Below are positions 15,043 through 28,802 of a stretch of DNA of 64,000 nucleotides, piece by piece. This stretch comes from the human T2T-CHM13v2.0 reference genome, Homo sapiens, in assembly GCF_009914755.1 (NCBI RefSeq), contig NC_060929.1; one strand, 5' to 3'. The notes below the pieces were generated by a model. The model did not search any database. It saw nothing but the letters and a program-made list of their open reading frames with translations, and was not told where the DNA came from. Made by a program: the position numbers and the translations under genes. How positions within the stretch are numbered: the stretch's first letter is position 1; each line of letters begins with the position of its first letter.

Positions 15043-15699
15043 AATGACTTCCTTCCTGCTAGACCATGAAGGCCTTAACAGCAAGAAAAGGTTTTAGTTA
15101 GTGTTTTATCCCTGGCATGATATGACATACACAGAGCCCTGGCATAGAGTAGGTGTTCAATAAACAGCTGCTGAATGACAAAGGCAGAAAGAAGGGAGCC
15201 ACAATTCACTTTGCTGCTCTGGACCTCTGTTCCAGTCCCTGGGTGCTTACCAATCTGCCTGCACAAGGAAGGAAGTGCTGGAGCTCAGTACTCACCACAT
15301 TCATCCTAAACCATCCTTTACCCATGTCTACTCCCTGAGACGCCTCTTTGAGCTCCACATTGAGTACTCTGCCCCTCAGCCTGCCTGCTCACCCCAGCCT
15401 ATCATTGGAGTATGAGCCTCTCTGGGTGGCCTTGCCATGACTGTGGGCCCTGTGGACTGTAATTCCTGGAATCCACTTTCTCGGCTGGCCTGCAGCATCC
15501 CCTCTCCTGTCCAGCCCTGGTGGCCATCTCTGCAGGCAGCTCAGTCTCCTCCCTAGCTACAGAAAGACACCACCAGAGAAAACAGTACTTATCTCTTATC
15601 TGTATCAGTGAAAATCCAAGTTCAAGGGCACAGATCTGTTTTTTTACCTTTCAGGACAATATGTGGCATTTCATATATGTAGCTCAAAAGGCCAATTTC

Positions 15700-15972
15700 T
15701 TTTTTTTTTTTTTTTTAAAGAGACAGGGTCTCACTCTGTCACCCTGGCTAGAGTGCAGTGGCATAATCATAGCTCACTGCAGTCTTGAACTCCTGAGCTC
15801 AAGCAATTCTCCTGCCTCAGCCTCATGAGTAGCTGGGACTACAGACATGTTTTGTAGAGATACGGTCTCACTACATTGCCCAGGCTGGTCTCAAACTCCT
15901 GGGCTCAAGCCATCCTCCCACCCCAGCCTCCCGAAATGCTAGAATTACAGGCAAGAGCCATCATATCCAGCC
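15700..15972 (-). mobile_element. AluJ with a deletion around the central linker
   Basis: J-type diagnostics (atcatagctcactgcag, ctcctgggctcaagc); gactacagacatg joins directly to ttttgtagaga. Confidence 0.88.
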
Positions 15973-15984
15973 ATAATTCCATTT

Positions 15985-16285
15985 TTTATAAAGCTTAAAA
16001 CAGGCTATTTAGAGATACAGATACATGTGGTAAAAGCTCCTTTAAAAACTGGCAGGGGAGGGGACCATGACAAATACCAGGAAGATAGGGGTCACCTCCC
16101 CAGGGAAGGCAGCAGGACTGGTCAGACAGGAGCCCAAGGGAAGCGTCACAAACATTGATGATGTTTTATTTTATAAAGTAAGCATTAGATTCTGAGGCTT
16201 TTGTTCTGTTACTAAGCTTGACAACTTCTATAAATAATATATACATTTTTATGTATCAAAGACTTTATGATAAAATATAAAACAA
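15985..16285 (+). mobile_element. Ancient L1ME-type 3' UTR fragment
   Basis: tatttagagatacagatacatgtggtaaa…ggtcacctc…tgatgatgttttatttt…tatgtatcaaa pattern. Confidence 0.6.
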
Positions 16286-16554
16286 TGTTTATAGGCTCCT
16301 ATGGAGGTGACAACGAAGCTAGAACCACACCTCCCAGAAAACTCCATGAGCAAGTGCGGGTAGAGCCCTCCAGGAAGGGTTGAGAGTGTGAAGCTCTGCT
16401 CCTGAGCCCACGGCCTCCCACAGATGTTCTCTTCCCACAACACTTCTCTAATTCTCACCCTTGAAGTTACCCTCCCAATCACTTTCCCTCATCCTCCCTC
16501 CTCCCTTCTCCCAGGTTCTTTCTAGGGAAGAACAGATACAGAAGCCAAAACCTG

Positions 16555-16662
16555 ATCACCATTCCAGCTTTACACTAAGGACTCTATGTAAAGACTATAA
16601 ATCTCTGTTGTTGAAGCACCCAGTTAGTGGCGCTTTGTTACAGTAGCACTAACAAATTAATA
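16555..16662 (+). mobile_element. MLT1 LTR 3' end fragment
   Basis: ataaatctctgttgttgaagcacccagttagtggcgctttgttacagtagcactaacaaattaata. Confidence 0.65.
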
Positions 16663-17811
16663 TTCTTTCCATCCAGATTTTTTAAAAAGAGAGAGACTCT
16701 AAGGAATGAAGACACTTTGTCTTAGGTTTATAAAGCACAGATCTTTGTGCCAAGATGGCTCAGCTCTGCTGGAAAGAAACAAAACAAAAACTATGAAACA
16801 GCAGCCTCAGGATATGAGCAGTTGGACCTAAAGAACTTGGCCAAGTTGTATCAGTTGTGACGCATGCCCAGAAAAGAGGAAATATTAAAAATTCAAACCT
16901 TTATATTGATTTTATGATGAAGCAGTCAAATAAATAATTAACTCTAACTCTCTAAAGGAGGAGAGTTGAGAAACTAGGAAATAAGTTAAGGACTTTTAAA
17001 CATTATACTAGAACCCATATTCATACACAACATATTATTATAAATACAAACCCCTGGGGATTCTAGACCCTCGACCTGCTAAAACAGAGATGCCTGCCTG
17101 CCCTTATCACTGCAGACAGAAAAAGAAGCAAGAGCCAATGACGACATGAACAGGCAGATACACTCAAAATGTTGACCTACTTAAAAATAAATGTGCTAGC
17201 AGATTTCCCAACCAATCTTTCCTTCCATTTTGCATAACACTCTAATACATTGGTTGGAATGAGTGAATATTTTCCGTAAATGGTCAGTAAATCTTTCTCT
17301 TTTATGATTTGTAAAGCACAGCTAACAACCTCTTTCTGGTTCATTGCTCACACAGGTCTCAACCGAGTACATTTCTCTACCACACCACACTCTGCTTTGC
17401 CTCTCATGCTTTGGGTATTATTTTTAACATTTTATTCAAATTGCTTTCTCCACTGTATTTCATCAACCTATCATCCATTTTTTAAGCCAGACTGTTGACA
17501 GTTCACAGTTGACAATTTTGTTCACAGTTGATGAATTCTGATTTGTTTTTATTCACCCAAAATCATGTCACAGTAGGTGGAGGGGAGCAATCCTGAGGCT
17601 TTGCCGGCTTTAATAATTGGGCAGGAAGTGAGCGGCTGCTGACTGCACCAGTCAGATGCCAACATGCTGTTCCTGGCTGACGGGAGAATAACCACCCATT
17701 TCTGCACAGAGCTTGAGTGGCTCAGTATTCATCTGGAAGAAGCTATGCACAGAAACAAGGGAAGGTGTTTGGTCTCATTTAGAACCTTATTGAACATCCA
17801 TAAATACATGT

Positions 17812-18170
17812 GTTCCTTTCTGCATTTAACACATATTCACTGAGCATCTACTATGGGCCAGACCCTGGTCTAGGTGTAGAACCAATGGGACAAAGGCCTG
17901 TTTCCATGAAGTTCACATGGCAGGCATTGATGGGAGTCAGGGAATTAAGCAAGAGAGAGAAAGAGACAGAGAATAAAGGAGAGGGAATGATGTATGGTGT
18001 GATCAGTAAATCTTCTGGAAAGATGACATCTGAGCAGAGAACAGAATAAAGTGAGTCATGCAGCTCTCTGGGGAAGGAGGGTCAAGGAAAAAGGAAGCAC
18101 AAAGGCCCAGGGTAGAAGATTTTGACTACACTTGAGAAACAGTGAGGAAGCTAGAGAGGGATGAGGAGAG
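17812..18170 (-). mobile_element. L2 3' fragment
   Basis: catttaacacatattcactgagcatctactatgggccagac…gatgacatctgagcagaga. Confidence 0.7.
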
Positions 18171-19194
18171 CGGGAAGGACCATCTTAGTGGAACCGATGG
18201 TTGGCCTGTGTGTGACCCAGGGCACAGTCTTTTATTCTCCCTCTCTCCCTCTGTGTGGTACACACACATTTCTATGAGTTAAGGCTTCCAAATAAGTCAG
18301 AGCCTTAAACTTCTTGAAGACCAAGCTGTTAAAAATATAAAAGAGGAAAATGCTTTTTTTTTTTACAAGAGAATAGCAGCTACAAAATTTAAAAGAAAGG
18401 CTAGAGTTAGAAAGTCACCATTTTGAAACTCCTCATGTAATTAATTGAGTCAGAAAAGGACCATTTAATATTTGCTAAAAATTTTGGGTGAAAGTTATTA
18501 GAGAATGAAACATTCACACAGTCTTAAAATGTCTCCTTATAGTGTTATTATTACACAAAGAAGAAAATGCACACCTTCAATAAAACAAACGGCAGTCACC
18601 CCTTAACAAAGGGACCAAGGGTCCAAGCTAATACCACTGGCGGCGGGACAGGCTGGCATGTGCCTCCTAATATGCAACAAAAGAAAATACACAGTAGCAC
18701 CTGTGAGGCACTGGTATTAAAAAGGTTGAACCCGAGTCTATGCATTAGGAAACAGACAAATCCAAAATTGAGGACATTTTATAACAGTCTGAACTCTAAA
18801 AGCAAACCAAACAAACCTGGGGCAGGTGGATTATCATACTAGAGTAATCATTTCTAATTAAAATAAATTAAAAATCGGAAACAAATGAAATGAGTGAAAG
18901 TTAACAGAACCTTGACTAATAATTATTATACAAAACACATTATTATACAAACATTTGGGGAAGAATTTCTGTGATGTTAATGTGAACTATATGCTAGGTG
19001 ATATTATGGAATGTTCTTACAGGCATAATACCTACTAAGGTTAAGGTGGTTATATAAGAGAACACCCCTTTTCTTAGGGGTGAGGTGTCACAATGCTGCA
19101 AATTACTTCTAACTAGTTCAGGGGAAAGTACGTATGTATATACAGAAAGCAAGAGTACACAAATGTGCCAAAATACTAACGACTGCCAAATCTT

Positions 19195-19807
<613 letters not shown>

Positions 19808-21038
19808 AACAACTGTCAAATCTTAATGACGGGTATACAGCATTCATTGCATTATTCTTTAAATGCTCTGTACATTGAATAATTATTAAACTAATAGCCA
19901 GGGGAAGAAAATTTAACTTGCTTTGCCCAGTGGTGCTAGGAGAACTCTTCCCAGAAACCACTCCTCTTTTCCCTCCCTAAGCTCCTCCCTCCCCAGTGGC
20001 TTGCCACTCTCAGGTGTTGCAGTTACTGTCCCTCCTGCAGCTCCCGCTAGAGGGCGGCTCTCGGGGCAGGGACTGGATCCTATTTCCTGCTGTATCCAGG
20101 CTGGCTTACACCTGGTAAAGAGCTGACCTTCAGTAAGGATTTGTTAAAGGGCCAAGTGATTCAGGTTTTCCAGAAGCACAAAATTCTCTTGATTGATATC
20201 AGCAATTAGCTTTGCTCATTTTCTTACCTTGTTTATCTTGTCAGTGATTTAGCACACCCTTTTCTAGTGAGTGAGGAGGTAAGTTTCAGTCCAGTTCATG
20301 TACAGATTGTCACAGGCTTGGTTTTAGAGGCAAGGCTGAATAGTTTCTCTAAACTGTGTGACGAAACCAGTGGAGAGTCTTGCTGTCCTCCAGGCAATGC
20401 AACCAAGAGTGGCCGGCACCGTGGAGAGGAGTGCAGCCCTGACCTGCACGTGCAGGCCCACCCCCAGCAGGCTCCTGGCCCCTGCTTTAAGCTCCCAAAC
20501 TGCACACAAGGGGAACTGCCTTGGCTCACCTCCACTGTTCTCACTTCTGGACATTTTCCCTGTTATCTCCTCTGCCTGGGATTTTGTTAGGACTGGACAC
20601 TATTTTGACATTTTAAATTTCTGTGGGATTTTTTACTTAACTGGGATTTCGGAGAATAGTGCAGATGAGGAAGGACTTGAAGTTCCTGGGCCTGTCATCC
20701 TCTCTAGGAGATGGCTGGCCCCATGGAGGGAGGACAACCTGCTGTACATCAGAGAGGTGGGACCATGCACAGCCTCACCATGCAAGGCCTGGATGCAGCA
20801 GAGAGCCCAGACCCGAAGGGCTCTCAGTGAAGGCCCACAGTTGGGCCAGCTGCAGCCCTCCCCTCTTCCGAACGGGGCTCCAGTGCCTTTCCTCCAGGAA
20901 AGCTTTTCTGAGGCTCCTGCCTCTGTGCCCCAGGACAATTCTCTCATTGCACTCACCACTGGACAGTGCTTATCTGTTTACATATCTACTTCTTGAAGGA
21001 AATAGTATCTTTGACTAGAGCCTAGCATATCACAAGTA

Positions 21039-21415
21039 CAGGTGCTCCTGAACTTACTATGGGGTTACATTTCAATAAACCCATCTTAAGGTAAAAATAA
21101 TCAGAGATTGAAAGTGCATTTAATATGTCTAACCAACAAACATCATAGCTTAGCCTAGCCTACCTTCAGTGTACTCAGAACACTCACATTAGTCTACAGT
21201 GGGGCAAAATTATCTAAGATAAAGCCTATTTAATAATAAAAAGTAGGATATCTCATGTAATTTATTGAATACTGCACTCAAAGTAAAAAAAAAAAAAAAA
21301 AAAAGAATGGTTGACGGGTAGCCAAAGTACAGTTTCTAGTAAATTCATATCTCCTTTGCACCATCTTAAAGTCATACCATTTTCAGTTGAACCATTGTAA
21401 GTCAGGGACCATCTG
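21039..21415 (+). mobile_element. MER47A-like Tigger-family non-autonomous DNA transposon
   Basis: Terminal inverted repeats caggtgctcctgaacttac and gtaagtcagggaccatctg, TA at the left flank, internal catcatagcttagcctagcctacctt; internal A-run expanded at about 21286-21304. Confidence 0.85.
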
Positions 21416-21469
21416 TGTCTTATACATTTTTTGTTTATTTATGGGATATATCTTATGTAACCCTATGTG

Positions 21470-21535
21470 AGAGCAGGTGTTAATACATTCATTCTATAGA
21501 TTAAGAGCAGGTGTTAATACATTCATTCTATAGAT
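21470..21535 (+). repeat. Tandem duplication, 32 bp identical, period 34, inside a MIR fragment
   Basis: agagcaggtgttaatacattcattctatagat at 21470-21501 and 21504-21535. Confidence 0.9.
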
Positions 21536-21587
21536 GAAGAAACTGAAACTAGAGAAAGCAAATAACTGCCTCGGGGACACAAGGTGA

Positions 21588-21899
<312 letters not shown>

Positions 21900-22629
21900 C
21901 CCGCAGATTTAATTTTTAATTCAACCCCTTCACTTCTCCCTAGTCCAGTGCTATGTGTAATGACTCACAGACTTCTACAACAGTGAGGGGTTTGGCAAAG
22001 CCTTTACAGGAATCCTAGGAGGACAGAGAGGAGACAGAAATTATGCCAGAGCTCGGGAAAGGGAGAGAGAACAGGAGGTGCCCTGCTGGCGGCTGTGTGG
22101 TGCTGACCGGCAGGGAAGAAATGGAGTCAGCCAAATACAACCCTTGCTTGTCAACTGTGACTTGTCACTAGTGATAGTGATGTTAGTCAAAGCCACTTTA
22201 ACATGTTGCAATTAGCTAAGCCAACTTACAGAAGTGAAGCTGATCAGCTCACAGACCTGAATCAGGTGATGTGGCCACCTTCTGTGTTCCAGAAGCTGAC
22301 AGCAGCCAGACTTAGCCTCTCCTGGAGGCATAAAGGCCTGCAGCTATTCCTAGCTAACAGATTAACTGTGAAGTGTGATCATCAGAGCTCTCCCAAGCAG
22401 TCCAGAGCGGCCCAGCCAGGGCCTCAGAAGACAGTTCTGTTCATAGGATCTGGTCTCCGAACTTGACTCCCACCTGATGCAAGCTCCTAGAGAGAGCTGT
22501 CCATGCTCATACACCCTAGGGCCACATATAAGCTGTACCTTGAAAGTGGACAGGAAGAGGTTGCTGAAATAAATTCATCATCTTCCCAGAAACTCTAGGA
22601 AGTTGGAGACTATCACTTTCATTTTACAG

Positions 22630-22800
22630 ATGAGAAGGAAAAGGGTAAGAAAGGAAAGAACACAAATAAGAATGAAAGAAGGAGAGAGCAAGAAAAGAAA
22701 GCTGTAGAGGAGGCATGGCAGAGGAGAGGAGGGAAGAAAAGAGAGAAGAAATACAAGGAGGAGAACAGAGGAGATGCTTCAAGTATAGAAAAAAGCACAA
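22630..22800 (+). repeat. GA-rich low-complexity tract
   Basis: Strong purine bias (gagaaggaaaagggtaagaaaggaaag…gaggagaggagggaagaaaagagagaag). Confidence 0.7.
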
Positions 22801-23489
22801 AACATCCCAGAGAGACTTGGGAGATGCAAGAGGCAATGTGGGAGCAGAGACCTTGTTCACATGTCTCTCGCCCAGCCTGGATATGTGGGCTCAGGCAGCG
22901 CTAGGAGAAAGGAAGAGGATGTTCTGAGGTGCTGGCACCTGCTTAAAATTAAAATGTCTCTGCAGCTATAAATGCCCTCGAGATGCCTGTCTCTCCAGCT
23001 GTCCTGGTTTCCTTGCAGGGGACCCAGCCCACACTAAGCCTCCTCTCCATGCTGCCTGTTCCCCACTGGCTCGGGCAGTTTACTCCACAGACAGAATTCA
23101 CCGGAGGTGGAGGGCAAGTTGAGGTGGCACCTGATTCTATCATGACTCACACCTCTCCAGCTGTGATGGTGGGTAGGGAGAAACTCTCTGCCCAGGATCT
23201 GTCTGCATCTCTCATTACAAACCTAGTAGGGAATCTGACACCCAGGGCGCCACTGCTTACTGGGGTTAAAGGCAGGTCAATTTACATAACCTGTCCAAGT
23301 CTTCATTTCCTCCTCACTAAAGATAATCCCTACTTCCTGCAGCCATCCTGGAAGTAGAAAGGATAACTAATGATCTCTAGATCTCTAGTGCCTGGCAGCA
23401 TTCCTGGCACATGGTAGACAATTAATCTTTGCTCCTTCCTCCATACCCCAAAGCCCACATTCATTCTCTTCTTCCTCCAATAGCTTCTC

Positions 23490-23980
23490 CATGCCGGACT
23501 GATCTCTGTAAAATGCAAATGTGTTTGTGACACCCTACCCCAGCTTACAACCATTCCTTGTATCCTGCTATCCTCAGACAAAAAGTAAAGACTTTTAGCC
23601 CAGCAGAAAAGGTCCCCAGAGATCTGTACCCCACATATCTCTCCACTCACATCTCTTATGTCTCTCCAAACACATGCTTACTGTGACCCAGCTTGCAGAC
23701 CACGCTTACTCCCCCTCGGTCTCCTCGGCCATGTCCCTTGAGGCTTCCTCTTGGATGCTTTGCTTTGTCTACAGCTCCCCCAGGAGCCTGCAGTAGGCAT
23801 CCCTAGGTACTTCTAGCACCTGCCCACCTCTAACACTCTGTCTCTTGCCCTGTACTTCAATGACAGCTTTCTTGCCTGTCTCTCTTATGAGTTCCATGAG
23901 GACTAGGTTTTAATTCACTTGGTTAGCCCCAGTGCCTGGAAAAGAATCTAAAAAAGAGTATGTACTAAATAAATGTTGGA
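23490..23980 (+). mobile_element. L2 fragment
   Basis: aaaatgcaaatgtg…gagttccatgaggactagg…ccccagtgcctgg…taaataaatgttgga. Confidence 0.6.
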
Positions 23981-24779
23981 CAGCTATATAGATGCATGGG
24001 CAGGAGGATGGAGGGACAGCCCCACCCATCTAACCACCTGCTGAACAATCGACACAGCTCTGTTGTCATCTCCAATGCACTTGGCCAAATGAAGTCATCT
24101 CTCACTATCCATCTCCAGGCTTTGATACTCCTTAGGTCCATGAATGGTATCTGGACTGTCACAGTCCAACAGATGGAAAGCTTTGACTGTCTCTCCTACC
24201 ATCCCATCTGATTCCCGCCCCCCCCGCCGACTTAGTGAAATGTCGTACCAAAGATCCCAAACTAACATTTTGCTCTCAAGCCCTGATCAAAACTCAAGTC
24301 CTCCCTTTTGATGCTGGTCACCATCTGGTACTGATGCTGCTTCTTCAACAACACTGCTCTGACTCTTCAACAACATGCAACAATTCCTTAATAGCTGTCT
24401 TCTTCCTCCTCCCCGTCCCTGCTTCACTCTGATGTTGCCTCATCTGAATACCTCTTTCTTTTCCCATCCCAAACCTTCCCCACCCAGGCGTGTCCTCCTC
24501 TGGACATGACCCTGACCACTCCTACTCCTGCAGACCCCCCTTAGCTCCAGTGACATTTCCAGCCCACCCCACTCAACAACACACCGTCCCATGCCTGCTC
24601 TTCTGGTTTCCTCTTACCCTCTAATATTTTATAATTTAGCTGCTAGACTTCAGGATATTTGTGTCATATGTCTATGTATTCTTCATAATACAGATACGAG
24701 CACTAAGTATATTTCTATTCTTCACAGTGCTGGTAGAAATGGCTTCTAATTCTTCATAATGTATACAAGGTTTAATATA

Positions 24780-25010
24780 ACTAATCATGAACCTGGCATT
24801 GTGCTAAAAGTTTTACCTATATTTTCTCCTTTAATTTTCACCCCAGCCCCTATATGATAAAAATGATAACAACATACATCTTACACATGAAGAAATGGAG
24901 GCTCACAGATGTCGTTTGGCCAATGAAAGCCAGCTCTAACCTTGCGAAGCCTGAGTCCAAATCCAGGCTATCTGATTCTAAAGTCTGTGCTCTTAAGAGG
25001 TTAATTATGT
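24780..25010 (-). mobile_element. MIR fragment
   Basis: cctggcattgtgctaa…atgaagaaatggaggctcaca…aaatccaggctatctgattctaaagtctgtgctcttaa. Confidence 0.7.
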
Positions 25011-25239
25011 GGTCTCAAGTCAAAATGTTTTCTGATGTTTGCTCAGGTCACATGTTTTCACAGTGTTCAGGGCTGTGCTGACAATGGTCTTCTCTGTCAG
25101 TTCATGGTACCTGCAGGAACCATTATCTTCCAAACAAAGCCAAGTCACACAAATGGTAAGGAATTCTCTGAGAACTGTACCAAGGTAGTGCACACTCAGA
25201 GTTACAGTGCCCCTCCCGGATGTCTCTATAGAACCCCTG

Positions 25240-25388
25240 CCATGATCTCACTGAAACAAGGGCTCCACCAGGGGTGGAGATCTTGGTCTTTTCATTCCCA
25301 GATGTATCCCAGGCACACAGAACACAGCCAGCACACAGTAGGTGTCCTTTAATTATTCCTTGAATAAAAGAATGAATGAATGAATGAG
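25240..25388 (+). mobile_element. L2 3' terminus
   Basis: cagcacacagtaggtgtcc…gaatgaatgaatgaatga tail. Confidence 0.7.
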
Positions 25389-28004
25389 ATAGAAAGCAAG
25401 CCCCACAAAGCCCTGCCACAACTATCACCAAAGAAAGAACAAGTTTCTTGGTGAAATGAGTGAAGAAAACTACAGAAAATCTAAGTGGCTGTATCAGAGA
25501 GAGCACTTCACAGCCACCAGAAGGCACGGGTGAGATGACCACGTCACTAATAAAAAGGAAGGTCAGAGCGAACAGAGGTCTACATCAGATCTATAACTGC
25601 TACAAAGCAGCCCAGTAATGGCCTCTTTTGCAACTTCAAACCAATTCTGAACTGATTCTGAACTCCCGAGGGTGCAGGCTTCATAAGTACTTTATCATTC
25701 AGAGTTCAGACAATCAACAGCTCCTCTGTTCTGATCCCTCAGCAGGGGGGCTGTGCCTCCTGTCCCTGGACATCTCTGCAGATCAGCCTTCTGAGGGGCA
25801 TTCCAGGCCTGGGGTCTGCCCTCCTCATGCTGTCTGTGTTTCTTTGTCATAACTAACACACTGTAGAGGGCAGGCTCCTGAGCCTTAGTTTCTGAAGCAG
25901 TGACCTCTCTTAGACTCTCTGCATAAAAACACCTCTCCTCGCTTACCTACGGAGACTTCACAGATCAGGGAGAAGAAATGCAGACGGAGAAAGAATAACA
26001 GCAGATTTTTAAAGTGATAGAGAGGCAGTATTCCATCCCTGGTTGCCCCCAGTGTACTCTGAAAATGGAAAAACAGATACTAGCTAAGCACATCCACCAA
26101 TTTCTGTCCAAAGCTGACACTGTCCAAGGTCAAAAAAAGCCATTAAGATCTCACCTTGGGCTGACATAAGACACCCATCACCAACCATTCAGCCTGCTTT
26201 ACTTCTGCACTTCAGCCCAATTTCTTCCTTTCTCCCCTATCACTTGCTCTAGAAAATAAACCCCAAATATCTTTCTGAATAAAGCCTGCGTATGTCCATA
26301 AGAGCCAACAGAAACGAAACCACAGATAAAGGTGACCAAAAATGCCAAAGCAGACTTTTAACCAAATGCAACAAGATTAAAGTGATATTTTTTAAATGAA
26401 ACAGTAACTTAAACTTTGAATTACTGCCTGATTTTACTGCTTAGAGATGAAAGATGCTGTAGTGCTGAACGAAAAAGCCATATAACTCAAAGAGGATTTT
26501 CTTTGCTTGGCATCACCTCTGTGAAAAATACGTTTAAGTAACAAAATGCCCTTGCAAGAGTCGATTCTCTGATGATGGAGCTGAGGTGTGAAAATGGTCA
26601 AGGGCTGGACAAAGACTGTCATTTTTCCTTTCTTTTGATTACACAGTTTTTCTGCAACATGTCTGATCTCATTTCTCCCAGAGCCTGATGAAAGGAGAGC
26701 TGGCTAGGCCAGGTGCCCCAACAGGCCTGCCTTGGTGACCATTCTGCCCTGCGAGGCAAGTTGTGTGCTGATTGCTCCCACCACTTGCTCCATGGCCAGA
26801 AACGCCCAAGTCACATGGTCCATGCAGACCCCACTCTCCTTTTCTATTTACTTTTGAGGCCAGAACTACAGCCCCAGTGATCCTGAGATAGTCATGATTT
26901 GAGCAGACAAACTCACAAGGCTAGGTGGGATGCAGACATCTGATGTGGGAAGGCAAATATCTGGGTAACTTCTTGGTGTGCACAGAAAGAAGCAGATCTA
27001 GAACCAGGAGGCCAGCCCATGGGGACAAAGGGAGGAGAGACATGTCAGCTACTTGCAACAAGCTATTGGGATAAGATGCCACAAGCCTAACCAGGTGGGT
27101 GGGGATGCTTATGGAGAAAGATCCACAGAGAAGCAGGTGGCATGGGTGCAGTCAAGAGGGGTGAGAACACAAACCCTGTGATACAGACGCAGGCATTCAG
27201 GGACAAGACACCTCTGGAAGTCCTTGTGAAGATTTCAGGGAATGGTGACATTGGATGAGGATGCATAACAAGCATCCAGGTTTTTAGGAAAAGAGATACA
27301 AGAGAAGCAGTTGGCACAACTTTTGAGGGTCAATCAGCCTTAGATTTCCATCCTGGCTGTATGCTTGGGCATGGAACAGAGCCAAGAAAGCCCCAGAGTC
27401 TGAGCTGGGCCTCGGTCCACAGAGGCCTAAGCAAAGTGGGGCAGCTTCAAAGACCCAAGAGCTCATTACATATTCAGTCCTCAGTTCCAAGCTTTGTACG
27501 AGCCTTCTCTTCCGCTGATTTCAAAGTTAGAAAGTTCAAACTAGTCTCCTCTCCCTCCTACTAAGTTTCCACTTGCATATTTTGATGTCAGTCCGAATCC
27601 TGTGTTAATCAGGCCAAAATTCATTAACGAAGGCCAACTGTGATCTCCAGGAAGCTAGCTGCTCTCCATCTAACATAATCTGTGTTTCATACAGCTAAGT
27701 GGTTTCTCAAACACTCTAACACCAAGCTCTGAGGGGGGACCCTGTGAACAAAATAGAACGGCTCCTGTCTCATGGTGCCTGTTGCAATATGTGTGCTCCC
27801 GTTTTGGGGAATTCTGCACTGCAAAGTAATAACGAGCAGTCACATTGTGGCGCCCTCATCATGTCATTGCCACAGATAATTAAGCTTATCAATTATCTCC
27901 TTTCCTTCACTGCCTTAAGAGGATGTCACTGTGAGCTCACAGGGAAGCCAATACATCAGCTACTCAAATCCTCGGGAGCCACATTGCTGACTCCCCAGAG
28001 CAGC

Positions 28005-28378
28005 AGAGTGGCGGAAGCAGAGGCTCTAAACAAATGAACCTGGGTTCAAATCTTCCCTGGCTCCAGCCTTACAAGCTCTGAGGAACTTAATTAACCCTCC
28101 TGTGCCTTAGCTTTCTGATTTGTAAAATGGGGGAAACCATGATGCCTCCCTCAATGGGCAGCGGCACTCCATTTATTCAACTGATATTTGTTGACCACCT
28201 ATTATGGGCTAGGCAGTGCTCTGGTTGCTAGGGATACGATGGTAAACAAAACAGGCAAGGCTGCTGTCAGCTTGGGGCTTACATTCTAGTGATGAAAGCC
28301 AGGTATTAGAAAAAAATTAAATAAAACAATGTGTGTGAAGTACTTAACACAATGCCAGACACTGAATACTTGCTATGT
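28005..28378 (+). mobile_element. MIR interrupted by an antisense L2 3' fragment (about 28168-28315)
   Basis: MIR core cctgggttcaaatc…ctgatttgtaaaatgggg, then L2 catttattcaactgatatttgttgaccacctattatg…, then MIR resumes attaaataaaacaatgtgtgtgaagtacttaacacaatgcc. Confidence 0.65.
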
Positions 28379-28413
28379 GAGAGCCGAAAACTGAATACTT
28401 GCTATGTGAGAGC
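28361..28413 (+). repeat. 24-bp direct duplication, period 29
   Basis: actgaatacttgctatgtgagagc at 28361-28384 and 28390-28413. Confidence 0.9.
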
Positions 28414-28597
28414 TATGTTACATTTGGGACACACATCGCCCCCAATACCCAGCCTATGGAGGGAATGGGCATTCCTAAAGCCTTGAGCTTGGGGAAGTTT
28501 GCCAGGCTCCTGTCCCTCCAGTGTGACAGGAGTGAGCTACAATGCAGTAAGAATCCTCCTGGGCTCTGGAGCAAGACAATATCACCGAGAGGAAAGA

Positions 28598-28802
28598 ATC
28601 TGGAGGCAGACAAACCTGCTCTCAAATCCCAGCTCTTGCTTGCCCACTCCATGACCTTCAGCCTGTCACTTACAGCTTTGAGACTTAGTTTTTACATCTG
28701 TAAAATGGGGATAATAAAGGCACCTGCCTCTTTGTGTTACCAGGATTAGCCAGGATTATGATGAGAGTTCAGCTCAGTGCCCAGTGCAGAGTAAGTGCTC
28801 AT
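28598..28802 (+). mobile_element. MIR fragment
   Basis: tctggaggcagacaaacctg…catctgtaaaatggggataataa…agagtaagtgctca. Confidence 0.7.

Noticed and set aside
20358-20996. 212-aa ORF, the longest in the track
   Set aside because: Non-ATG start, no recognisable motif, several overlapping ORFs on both strands as expected in a moderately GC-rich patch.
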